DNA of 64,000 nt. Origin: an uncultured Armatimonadia bacterium. Lineage in GTDB: Bacteria; Armatimonadota; Zipacnadia; Zipacnadales; UBA11051. Shown here piece after piece: positions 19,113 to 28,126 of the stretch. The position numbers and the translations under genes were made by a program. The stretch spans positions 65,399 to 129,398 of the forward strand of contig CAZUOJ010000001.1 in NCBI GenBank assembly GCA_964622325.1, in the 5' to 3' direction. Under the pieces are notes generated by a model that had not been told where the DNA came from, did not search any database, and saw nothing but the letters and a program-made list of their open reading frames with translations. Every line of letters begins with the position of its first letter. Position 1 is the first letter of the stretch.

Positions 19113-19420
19113 CGTTAATCTCCTTATAAAGAGGCTAAAGCTTTCGTTTTTGTCCCTCTGAATATCCTCTTCGATTTTCAGGATGAGCCCCCCGAATTTA
19201 TTATAACAAACAATGGCCAAAAGAAAAACGCCTCCTGCAAACTCCCAGAAGGCGTTATGCAATTTACTTTTTTCTGTACGAAGAGATTTAGAACAGGCGC
19301 TCGAGGTAATAAAGCGTTGCCCCTTTATTGTCTTTTTTTCTATATAAATCCGAAAAGCTATTTCGCTCCGCTCTGTGAGGCGGATCTGTCAAATTTGCTT
19401 GTACGAACCGAAATCTATTT

Positions 19421-20014
19421 TTATACAGACGCCAGTGGCGGCGGCTCGGGCAGCACTTCCCGCGGCCCTTGCAAATCGCCCATCGGGATATCAAAAGGCC
19501 GGCCCACAGAATAAAAGCCTAATTTTTCCAGCGCCTGTTTAGCCATCTCGCGCACCACTAACGCTGGCTTTTCGCCCACTTTCGCGCCCCCCTGCGCTGT
19601 TTGCAGGGCTGGAATAGCACGGCGATCCCCAATTTCGCCCAGCACCCACGCCGCCCGTCCTCGGAAGGGCTCCGCAAGATGGGCATTATTCAGCACTTTC
19701 GCCACTTCATCCACGACGGGATTGGGCTTTTTGGGATCCGGCTCGTTCACTTCGCGTCCCTTTTTGACAAGCGCCACTCCCGCCATATCATACAACTCGT
19801 CATCCCCTTGCAGCACATCCACTAACAATTCAATTGTACGCTCATCCTCCAGATTTGCTAACGCCAGCACGGCGGCGCGACGTGTCTCCACATCCTGCGA
19901 TTTTATGTCTTCGCTCAGCCGTTCCAGCGGATCAATCGTGCAGCCGTTTAAAATGATAGCCAAGGCAAAAAGCGCCCCGCTTAAAATTGTCTTGCGCATA
20001 AAAAGCCTCCCCAT
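19421..20014 (-). CDS. HEAT-repeat (PBS-lyase-like) lipoprotein
   Basis: It has a lipoprotein signal (…ALFALAIILNGC, a lipobox) and HEAT-like repeats (RRAAVLALANLEDERTIELLVDVL and RGRAAWVLGEIGDRRAIPALQTA). The probable start is MRKTIL at 19999. Confidence 0.6.
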   Translation of the reverse strand: MGRLFMRKTILSGALFALAIILNGCTIDPLERLSEDIKSQDVETRRAAVLALANLEDERTIELLVDVLQGDDELYDMAGVALVKKGREVNEPDPKKPNPVVDEVAKVLNNAHLAEPFRGRAAWVLGEIGDRRAIPALQTAQGGAKVGEKPALVVREMAKQALEKLGFYSVGRPFDIPMGDLQGPREVLPEPPPLASV

Positions 20015-20041
20015 AATCCTTATACTGATACTGAAAAATCA

Positions 20042-21103
20042 TTAATCGGGCAAACGCAGCAGTCGGACTGCTTCAGAAGCGGCGGCTCGTGCCCAGAAAT
20101 GATCGTCCATCTTGGCTTTCTGGATGGCTTCCGTGACTCGTGGCAACAAATCCGCTGAAGGGCGCGTCTTGCCCAGGGCATAAATACAGGCAATCCGCAC
20201 ATCCCCCACTTTGTCCTGTAAGCCCTCCAGCAGCCCGTTAATGGCCTTGCTCATGGCGCTTTCGTCAATGTTCGGCGAGCTGGCGGCGTCGCCCAAAGCA
20301 TAGGCGGCGGCCACACGCACTTCCGCGTCCGGCTCAGCCTCCCCTAAAGCTGTCACGAGGGCATCAATGCCGGCTTTGTCTCCCAGATGCCCGAGCGCCC
20401 GCGCCGCCGCAATCCGTACGGGAATTGTCGTATCAGGAGGCGGGGCAGGCGCAGCTGCTGTTGTGCCAGGGGCGGCATTCTCCGCTGCGGGCGCCGTCGC
20501 CGCTGGCGCTGGCCGCTCCGCCAGAGCATTGATAAGCGCGGAAGCGCCGCCCGGATCCCCAATCGCCCCTAATGCATAAGCTGCCGCCACCCGAATTTCA
20601 TTCTTTTCTTCTTTTTTGCCCAGAATGGCCGCGATCGGCTGGACGGCCTCCTTATAGCGCAATTGCCCCAAAGCCTGCATCGCTGCAATCCGCAGTACAG
20701 GATCCGGAGATTGCAAAGCGGCAATAAGATCGGCGGCGAATTTTTTATTGCCCGTCATCCCCAGAAGCCAGGCCGCCCGGGCCGCTGCCTCTCCTTGTCC
20801 CATCCGCACCATTTGCGCCAGTTGAGGCCCGATGGCGCCGCCGCGCTCGCGCAACGCGGCCAGCGCCTCCATCACTTTATCCGGCTCCTGGCTCGCCAGA
20901 TCGGCTAAATGTTTGCTGGTGCGGCGTACGGCGCTTATCCAGCTAATCACATACGCGGCCACGATGATGACAACAATGACGACGAGGACTTTAATGGTTC
21001 TCTTGCTCACACGCATCAGCTCACAAAAATTATGCTTTTTCGTCTCAGGCACGGAGTTGCCCGGCCTGTATGTCCCTGAATAGGCCTCAAATCTGAATGC
21101 CAA
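20042..21103 (-). CDS. Membrane-anchored HEAT-repeat protein
   Basis: It has an N-terminal TM (IKVLVVIVVIIVAAYVISWI). At least five HEAT-like units follow (PVLRIAAMQALGQL, VRVAAAYALGAIGDPG, VRIAAARALGHLGDKAG, VRVAAAYALGDAAS, VRIACIYALGK). A low-complexity Ala/Pro linker is present. The start is uncertain (TTG 21103 or ATG 21016). Confidence 0.6.
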   Translation of the reverse strand: MAFRFEAYSGTYRPGNSVPETKKHNFCELMRVSKRTIKVLVVIVVIIVAAYVISWISAVRRTSKHLADLASQEPDKVMEALAALRERGGAIGPQLAQMVRMGQGEAAARAAWLLGMTGNKKFAADLIAALQSPDPVLRIAAMQALGQLRYKEAVQPIAAILGKKEEKNEIRVAAAYALGAIGDPGGASALINALAERPAPAATAPAAENAAPGTTAAAPAPPPDTTIPVRIAAARALGHLGDKAGIDALVTALGEAEPDAEVRVAAAYALGDAASSPNIDESAMSKAINGLLEGLQDKVGDVRIACIYALGKTRPSADLLPRVTEAIQKAKMDDHFWARAAASEAVRLLRLPD

Positions 21104-21120
21104 TAGGGGAGTTCATCCGC

Positions 21121-23895
21121 CTAGCTCGCTTGCGCCTGGCGAATCAACTCCAGTTTTTCTTCAATGGCCTGTACTTGCGAGGGCTGCGGCCGCTCCGGCT
21201 CGGGCAGATGTTTCATCAATTGCAGCGCCATTGCATCCCCAATAATTTGCAATGTAGACGCCAGCCATTGTCGTTGATTCAGGCTTCGTTTGGCTTCGCC
21301 GCGGGCGCGCAGCGCCTTTTCCGTAGCGGGCTTTCCGATGGCCGCCAATATCGCCGCGGCCCACACGCGCGTCTGCTCATCCGGAGAATCCAGTTGTTCA
21401 ATCAGACTGTCCACGGGAATGTCCTGCATATTGGCCAGCGCCGTCGCCGCTGCCAGCCGCAATTGCGGATCAGTGGTCGCTGATGTGACTAATGAGATGA
21501 GCATTTCGCCGGCCTGGCCCATCTTCTTCTGCACGCCTTCGCCCAGCATCGCCGCCCGCCGCACGCCTATCATGGCAATGGCCTTGGCGGCGGGCAACGC
21601 CAAGGGTTCGCCCGGCTGCAGCAAAGCCTTGATTTTGTCAATCGCTTGTTCATTCGCCACAAAGCCCAGCGCTATCAAAGCATCTGTGCGCACATTGCGG
21701 GGCGCGGCGTTATCCAGCGCCGCCTCCACAAGCACAGGCTGCAAGGATTGCTGGAGCTGCTGTTGTGCCGCTTCGCTGCCCGCGGCCACCTCTCGCAGCA
21801 ATTGATTTGTGATGCTGGCTGTCTGGAACACTAGCGCAATGGCGGCCCGGCGCTTGGCATCTGTATCCTCTTTGTGCAAAAGCTCTTGCAACAATTTTTG
21901 CACGGGATCCATTCGCCAATTTTTGAGCAAAGCCAGCGCCACATCGCGTACTTCTCTTTGCGCATCCTGCAGGCCAGCCACAAGATTCGCCGTCGCCTCC
22001 GCATAGCCCAAGCGCGCCAGGGCGCGCAGGGCGGCGATGCGCACAATAGCCTCAGGCGCCTCAGCCGCTTTTTGCAGGGGCGGAAGCGCACTCGCCATCC
22101 CCGTCGCGCCCAATGCTCGGGCGGCGCTGGCGCGGGCGGCAGCAGGGGCGGCAGGATTAGCCAGCAGATGGCTGAGCGGCTCCACGGCGGGCTCGCCAAT
22201 TTCGCCTAACGCAATGCTGGCCCAATTCCGTACTTGTTCATTCCCTGAAAGCAGGCTTTGCACAAGCCCAGGCACGGCGGGCGCGCCAATGCGTGTAAGC
22301 GCCATCTGCGCCATATGCCCCACACGCACTTGCGGATGCGCCAGCGCCTTCAGCAGTGTCGGCACTGCGGGCGCGCCGATTTTGGCCAACGCATCCCGCG
22401 CCGCATAATACACTTGCCATTTATCATCCGTCAAAGCCGCGGCTAAGGCCGGAAGCACTTGTTGCGCCGCCGCCACGAGCGAAGACACGGAAGCATTGCG
22501 CAGGGCATCAGACGCCACTTGCCGCACTTCAGGCGACCCCGGATCGCGCAACGCTGCCGCCAAAAACACAATGGCTTCCGGCCCGCCAATTTGGGCCACT
22601 GTTTGCGTGGCTAACAAACGCACTTCCGGATTCGGCGAAGCCAGAGCCGGCTTCAGCGGCGGCACGGATAGAGCGCCGATACGAATCAGCGCCGTCGAAA
22701 TCTCCCGCGAGGCGCCCGAGACATTCGCTATAAGCATCGCCGCCATTTTCTCCGCCGCAGCCTTGGCTTCCGCAATCTTATAGGTTTTGGGATCAGGCGG
22801 GGGCGGGGCAGCGGGGGCGGCCGCGCCTGTTGCGCCCGTGGCTGTAGCCGGCGTTGCGGGCGTTGCTGGGGCCGGCGGCGTTGCTAATTTGGCCGCAGCC
22901 TCGCGCACATCGGCGCCAAGGACTTTCCCCAGGGCTTCCGCTGCCGCTTGCCGCACGCCCATATGCGCATCGTCCAGACGCGCCATTAATACAGGCGTGG
23001 CATTGTGCAGAAGCGCTAGGGCTCCCAGAGCGCCAATGGCCGCCGTCGCCTTCCGGCGAACGCCCCAATCCGGATCCTTCGTCGCGGCCACTAGTGGCCC
23101 CACAACTTGCGGCGCCTCTTCTGGCTTGAGTCCGGCCCCGATTGTGCCCAGCATTGTCGCCGCTTGCCCCCGCACATCGGGCGATTTATAAACTAATAGC
23201 TCCTTCGTTATCGCCTCGACGGCGTTGATTTTCATATTGAGCAGTGATGTAATGGCGCAATCCCGTTCACGATTATATTCAGCCGGCTCTTGGCCCGGCC
23301 GTGGCTCGCCGCGCTGAATGATTTTTACAAGCTCATGCGTCACGGGCTTGCCAATCCCTCCAAATACTGTCGCCACGCCAGTGCGAATGTAATCATCCCA
23401 GGCGCCCATCAGAGGCAGCAAATAGGGGATTGTCGGTTCGCCAATCGCTGTCAGCACGCCCGGAGCGCCTGCCCGCACGGCCGCATCTTTGTCTGTCAAC
23501 GCCTCCACAAGCGGCGGAATGGCTAAGGCCCCAAAACGAGCGACAACAGCCTGAATGCGCGGCTGCACAGGCGCATCCACTACTGTCCAGCAGCTCATAA
23601 GCTGAAACAGAGCTTTTTCGGTGCCAATAAAGCTCACGGCTTCCACGACATAATCCTGGATCCAGCGGGGCTGATTCGCCACGGCCTCCTGCAGTTTTTG
23701 CGTCTCAATAAGCCGATTTACGGCCGCCAGGCGCTGCACGGGAGAGCCGTATGCAATTTGATGGCGTAAACGATTGATTTCTCCTCGCCGCCCACTGGCA
23801 TAAATAATCAGACACAGGGCTAATCCCGCCAAAATGATGCGCGTTATTTGCCGCCTGAGCTGTTCGTCCACGGGCTTCAACTCCTCCTGCTTCAC
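21121..23895 (-). CDS. Large (924 aa) membrane-anchored HEAT-repeat protein
   Basis: It has an N-terminal TM (ITRIILAGLALCLIIYASG), an A/P/T-rich linker (ATPPAPATPATPATATGATGAAAPAAPPPP) and many dozens of xxVRxxAxxALGxIG HEAT/PBS-lyase-type repeats along its whole length. Confidence 0.65.
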   Translation of the reverse strand: MKQEELKPVDEQLRRQITRIILAGLALCLIIYASGRRGEINRLRHQIAYGSPVQRLAAVNRLIETQKLQEAVANQPRWIQDYVVEAVSFIGTEKALFQLMSCWTVVDAPVQPRIQAVVARFGALAIPPLVEALTDKDAAVRAGAPGVLTAIGEPTIPYLLPLMGAWDDYIRTGVATVFGGIGKPVTHELVKIIQRGEPRPGQEPAEYNRERDCAITSLLNMKINAVEAITKELLVYKSPDVRGQAATMLGTIGAGLKPEEAPQVVGPLVAATKDPDWGVRRKATAAIGALGALALLHNATPVLMARLDDAHMGVRQAAAEALGKVLGADVREAAAKLATPPAPATPATPATATGATGAAAPAAPPPPDPKTYKIAEAKAAAEKMAAMLIANVSGASREISTALIRIGALSVPPLKPALASPNPEVRLLATQTVAQIGGPEAIVFLAAALRDPGSPEVRQVASDALRNASVSSLVAAAQQVLPALAAALTDDKWQVYYAARDALAKIGAPAVPTLLKALAHPQVRVGHMAQMALTRIGAPAVPGLVQSLLSGNEQVRNWASIALGEIGEPAVEPLSHLLANPAAPAAARASAARALGATGMASALPPLQKAAEAPEAIVRIAALRALARLGYAEATANLVAGLQDAQREVRDVALALLKNWRMDPVQKLLQELLHKEDTDAKRRAAIALVFQTASITNQLLREVAAGSEAAQQQLQQSLQPVLVEAALDNAAPRNVRTDALIALGFVANEQAIDKIKALLQPGEPLALPAAKAIAMIGVRRAAMLGEGVQKKMGQAGEMLISLVTSATTDPQLRLAAATALANMQDIPVDSLIEQLDSPDEQTRVWAAAILAAIGKPATEKALRARGEAKRSLNQRQWLASTLQIIGDAMALQLMKHLPEPERPQPSQVQAIEEKLELIRQAQAS

Positions 23896-24084
23896 ACACA
23901 GGCGCCGCCGCCTGCTGATTGAGAATGATTCAGCAAACTGCTTATTTTATTTTTCTTCCCCAAAAGATTAAAGCCTGCTTTGTACAGTCGTTTCTCCCTA
24001 ATTTTTCCCGATTCCTGCTTTTTTAGCAATAGCCCTGCCCAGATTTTTTCGCCGCGGCCCGAATTTGTTTCTTTTCGCCAGCCG

Positions 24085-25656
24085 TTACATTGTGTCCAAA
24101 AGCCTCCAAAAAGCCGTCGCCGCCTCAGAAAAGCTAAAGCCATGTCCTCCCATCAGCGTCAATAAGCCGTCAAAGGAGCGGCAGCGTAAAATGGATATAA
24201 GCTCCTTGACTTCTCCTTGGCCGCGGCCGGGCACTGTCTCCGCTGGCCAGCCTGGCCGCCGGCAGCCATCCGCCAACATCAATTGCACTGTATAGCGCTT
24301 TAATTTCCCGCGCGTCCATGTCTTCAAAAAAGGATTCTCCCCCACATAGGCAAAATGACGCGGATTAAACGAAAAGCGAACCGCCGGATGATTGACTTCC
24401 TGCAATATAGCCGCACAGCTGGCACTATCTCGCCACAGCCCGGCCGCATGATTTTCAAGGAGCAAAATAATGTGATGCTGAGCGGCCACATTAGCGAGAT
24501 TCTGGAGAGCCGCCACGGCGCGGGGCATTTTTTCCGCTATCTCTGCCTCACTGGCTATCCAGGGCGGCAATTTGAAATATTCTGGCGCCAGCGCCTCCGC
24601 TTGCCGTAGCGTCTGTTCCAGCTTCTCTGCCTGTTCCGCCGCCGACGCTTCCCAATTGATTGCGCAGGGCCATACAGCCACATGGCAGTTAGCTTCCTGG
24701 ATTTGCGCACAAAAATGGGCGAAAGCTTCCGGGCCGGCCTGTTCCAGGGATTGCACAAGCTGGGAAGAAATTTCCAGCGTCTCAATGCCTTCAGCTTTTA
24801 TATCCCACAGGGCATTGCCGATTTCATCAGGCGGATATATGCCTGAAAGCAAGCCGCTGAGCGTAAAATCTTCGCCTAAAAGGCGTGCGCGTTTTATCTC
24901 CGCTCGCTGCTTCACACAATCCTCACAATGCGGATTGTCACAAAGCACGGCTGCGGGATTTTTCTGCAAAGCCTCCACAGCCAGCCGCAGAACTTCTGAA
25001 GCCTTCATCAGCCGACAAACCGCTTTGCCGATCCGTCCAATCCGCATCGCCCCGGCTTCTAAAAAGAGCCGATCCAGCTGGATAAAATCCCTGTGGGGGC
25101 CCGGGAATTGCTCCAGCACTTTTGTTTGCCGCACGCCCTGCTCATCGTAATAATCCCGCATAATTGTATTCAAATAGGGGCTTCCTACGAGCTCTTCGGC
25201 TAAATGCAGCAATGTATTGCGATCCTGATCGCAGCCGATAAAAAGCAAATAGCCATTTTCGTGTTTGGCGACGCGCCCCCAGGGCGATTCGGGGCCAATG
25301 GCTGTGGGCTGATTGATGTGGCCGGCTAAAATCTCGGCGGCTTTAGGCCCCACGCCAGCGGCAGAATGTGTCGGATGTATGCTCCGTATTGTTTCGGGCC
25401 GCCGCCAAAAACGATCCGTTATGGCTCCCACTGTGGAAGGTGTCTCATGAACATTGAATACGGCTGCGCTGCCCATCGCCGGCATTAAGATTGTGCCCGT
25501 AGGCCCGACAGCCTCAATTAGCGCATCTATCACAGTGTCGGCCCCGCCCTCTACATAGCCCAGCGCCGAGAGGGAAGAATGTACCATTAATATCATTCCA
25601 GGCTCCACGCCTAATTCTTGAAGCCCCTGTTTGATCTCTTCTTTCGTCAATGCCAT
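24085..25656 (-). CDS. Fusion protein: N-terminal AAC(3)-family (aminoglycoside 3-N-acetyltransferase-like) domain + C-terminal xylose-isomerase-like TIM-barrel (sugar phosphate isomerase/epimerase) domain
   Basis: The N-terminus MALTKEEIKQGLQELGVEPGMILMVHSSLSALGYVEGGADTVIDALIEAVGPTGTILMP is the AAC(3)/YokD-family opening. The C-terminal ~270 aa has the xylose-isomerase-like TIM-barrel pattern (…IETLEIS…, …HIILLLENH…, …MGGHGFSF…). The ATG at 25656 is preceded by GGAGTGGACGGACG. Confidence 0.55.
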   Translation of the reverse strand: MALTKEEIKQGLQELGVEPGMILMVHSSLSALGYVEGGADTVIDALIEAVGPTGTILMPAMGSAAVFNVHETPSTVGAITDRFWRRPETIRSIHPTHSAAGVGPKAAEILAGHINQPTAIGPESPWGRVAKHENGYLLFIGCDQDRNTLLHLAEELVGSPYLNTIMRDYYDEQGVRQTKVLEQFPGPHRDFIQLDRLFLEAGAMRIGRIGKAVCRLMKASEVLRLAVEALQKNPAAVLCDNPHCEDCVKQRAEIKRARLLGEDFTLSGLLSGIYPPDEIGNALWDIKAEGIETLEISSQLVQSLEQAGPEAFAHFCAQIQEANCHVAVWPCAINWEASAAEQAEKLEQTLRQAEALAPEYFKLPPWIASEAEIAEKMPRAVAALQNLANVAAQHHIILLLENHAAGLWRDSASCAAILQEVNHPAVRFSFNPRHFAYVGENPFLKTWTRGKLKRYTVQLMLADGCRRPGWPAETVPGRGQGEVKELISILRCRSFDGLLTLMGGHGFSFSEAATAFWRLLDTM

Positions 25657-25773
25657 CGTCCGTCCACTCCATTTTTCCCAGGAAAACACAACAAAAAAAT
25701 TAATTATCTTGTTTGGCACAATTGCTGCTTGCGCGTCCGCGAAAGAATAAAATTATCGCTTTAAAGTTTTGTG

Positions 25774-26142
25774 TTATTCTCGTCGCCTTGTCATCTCCAC
25801 TTCCGCGTGATCCACAAGGCCTCCTAACGGCACGCTTTGCTTGCGCACGCGCACTGTGACTTCATCCACTTCAAATTGCGCTAAAATTGCCTGCGCCACA
25901 TCATGCGCCAGAGCTTCCATAAGCTGATAATGGCGCCCCGCCTCAATGCGGCGCACAAGCTCATACACGGCTTTATAGTCCACTGTTTTCGTCAGATCAT
26001 CCGTACGGCCCGCTTCTGTTAAATCACGCACTAATTCCAAATCCATCGCAAAACGTCCGCCTAGACGCCTTTCCGAATCCTCCACGCCATGATGGCCGTA
26101 AAAACTGATATTCACAAGCCGAATGCAATCCCGCTGTTTCAT
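25774..26142 (-). CDS. folB: Dihydroneopterin aldolase
   Basis: It is 122 aa. IRLVNISFYGHHGVEDSERRLGGRFAMDLEL… is the typical FolB signature. It overlaps the upstream gene by 4 nt. Confidence 0.8.
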   Translation of the reverse strand: MKQRDCIRLVNISFYGHHGVEDSERRLGGRFAMDLELVRDLTEAGRTDDLTKTVDYKAVYELVRRIEAGRHYQLMEALAHDVAQAILAQFEVDEVTVRVRKQSVPLGGLVDHAEVEMTRRRE

Positions 26143-26735
26143 TGTTCCGCTCTGATCAGGCGCTTTTCCGTCACGATGTACGGCACTGATATATCCTCAT
26201 CCTCTGTCGGCACATGAGGCACAATTTGCAATTCAAAAGCCGCCGCCACAATTTGCTCCGGCGCCATACGCGGCTTCAGCCGCGCCAAAAGCCGATCGTA
26301 AAAGCCGCCGCCATAGCCCAGACGATGCCCTTGCATATCAAAAGCCACGCCAGGAATCAAGGCGAATTCAATTTCCTCGGGCGTGGCTAAACGACAACAT
26401 TCTGGCCGTGGCTCCGTAATGCCCCATACGCCAGGCGCTGTATCTCTCTCCCGATCCACAATTTCATATAATTGCAATGTCCGTGAGGCATTATGCACTT
26501 TCGGCAAAAGCAGCCGTTTGCCCTGCCGAAACAATTCGGCTATAAAATCGTGCGTCATGACTTCGCTGCGAAAACAAGCATAGACAAGAAGCGTTTGGGC
26601 ATTTTGCACAGCCGGCATAGCCAATAAGGCTTCTGTAATAGGCTTGCTCAACGCTTCTCGTTCCGCCGGCGACAAAGCATCACGGCGCGCTAATATTTCT
26701 TTTCGCAAGGCGGCTTTACATTCCTGGATTGCCAT
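26139..26735 (-). CDS. 5-formyltetrahydrofolate cyclo-ligase (MTHFS)
   Basis: KAALRKEILARRDALSPAEREALSKPI…, …GYGGGFYDRLLARL… and an ATP-binding-type C-terminus match MTHFS. The probable start is MAIQEC at 26735. Confidence 0.75.
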   Translation of the reverse strand: MAIQECKAALRKEILARRDALSPAEREALSKPITEALLAMPAVQNAQTLLVYACFRSEVMTHDFIAELFRQGKRLLLPKVHNASRTLQLYEIVDRERDTAPGVWGITEPRPECCRLATPEEIEFALIPGVAFDMQGHRLGYGGGFYDRLLARLKPRMAPEQIVAAAFELQIVPHVPTEDEDISVPYIVTEKRLIRAEQ

Positions 26736-26736
26736 T

Positions 26737-27946
26737 TTAAGCTGTCGTGTTGCGTTGTACAATAGCGTCAGCCACACGCGCCACATCAATCATTGCCGCG
26801 ACATCATGAACACGCAAGATGTGAGCGCCATTTAGCACGCCAATGGCGCACATTGCCGCTGTGCCCCAGATACGTTGTTCGACAGGCTTGCCTGTAATCT
26901 CGCCAATTGTCCTTTTGCGAGAGGGGCCCAGGAGAATGGGACGTCCCAGACTCCGAAATTCGCTAAGCCGGCGCACAAGCTCTAAATTGTGCTCGCGTGT
27001 TTTCCCAAAGCCAAAGCCTGGATCAATGATGATATGCTCTTCTTTAATGCCTGCTTCCGTAGCCGCTTCGATGCGATCGGCCAAGAACTCATAAACTTCC
27101 TTCATAACATCTTCGTAATGGGGATTTTCCTGCATTGTGCGCGGCTCGCCCTGCATATGCATAATGATGACGGGTACGCCTGCTTCCGCCGCCAGCTCCA
27201 GCATCCCAGGCCGGCGCAGGCCATACACATCATTGATGATGGACGCGCCAGCGGAAAGCGCCAGCCGACAGACTTCTGGCTTACTGGAATCAATAGATAT
27301 GGGCACATCCACGCGCGCAGCTAATCCTTCAAGGACAGGAAGAACGCGCTGTAGCTCTTCTTCTGCCGAAACGCCCAGGCTGCCCGGACGCGTCGATTCC
27401 CCGCCCACATCTAAAATGTCCGCCCCTGCTGCCACAAAATCCACGCCCTGCTGAATTGCTGCTTGGACATTTGCCCCCAGTCCGTCTCCGGAAAATGAAT
27501 CCGGAGTCATATTAATTATGCCCATGATCCGTGTGCGTGTAAAATCCAGATCAAAATGGCGCCAACGCAACGGCGGCGGCGTTTGGGCATGGCATGCTAA
27601 GACACGTTCAATTTCTTTTCCAATGGCTTGCAAGCCGAAAGGCTCATTGGCCAGTCTCGGCACAAGACGCGCAAAATGCCGCGCATCGCCTATCAGCAAG
27701 ACAGGCCGCGGCGTATCATCAAAAGCGGCCACATGCCGGGACACACAGGCCTCGCCGCCCAGGCTGAGCATAAGCTGTTTGAGAACAGCTGCCGCCTTCC
27801 CGCGCACATTTTCAAGGCGCAAGAAGATGGGCTGGGCTTTGGGGGCCATTATTCGTATGCCCTCGGGAGCTACGCCCACACGCGCCATTTCCCGAGCAAT
27901 TTCTTCTGGCGAAGATAAATTCAACAAGCGCACGTAATGTGACATA
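26737..27946 (-). CDS. folP: Dihydropteroate synthase with an ~125-aa N-terminal extension of unknown function
   Basis: The C-terminal 280 aa match DHPS (IMGIINMTPDSFSGDG…, …DILDVGGESTRPG…, …INDV…). The N-terminal ~125 aa (MSHYVRLLNLSSPEEIAREMARVGVAPEGIRIMAPK…) are not DHPS-like. The real start is likely MSHY at 27946, not the ORF-track 28170. Confidence 0.8.
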
Positions 27947-28126
27947 GATTTCTTAATTTCTTTTTTTCTGTTGGTTGATGTTGTATAATTTGTGTGATAA
28001 TGTTCTTTCTCTTTCCTTGTTTTTGAGAGCATGCGATACAAATAAGGACGCCAATTATTGCGTTTGATATGTTGCAAAAAGCGTCCTGCGGAACAAATTA
28101 AAGCCTGATGGCTGTATTTTGGGGCC

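Noticed and set aside
22780-22900. GC-rich GCN-triplet repetitive DNA that looked like a possible tandem-repeat or CRISPR-like array
   Set aside because: It encodes the Ala/Pro/Thr linker of the HEAT protein. There are no regularly spaced direct repeats with unique spacers, and no CRISPR-like arrays were seen anywhere in the window.
21290-23191. Multiple plus-strand ORFs (171, 111, 123, 134 aa etc.) opposite the 924-aa HEAT-repeat gene
   Set aside because: They arise from the GC-rich repetitive DNA of the HEAT gene (Ala/Arg/Pro-rich translations). The minus-strand HEAT frame is continuous and repeat-structured.
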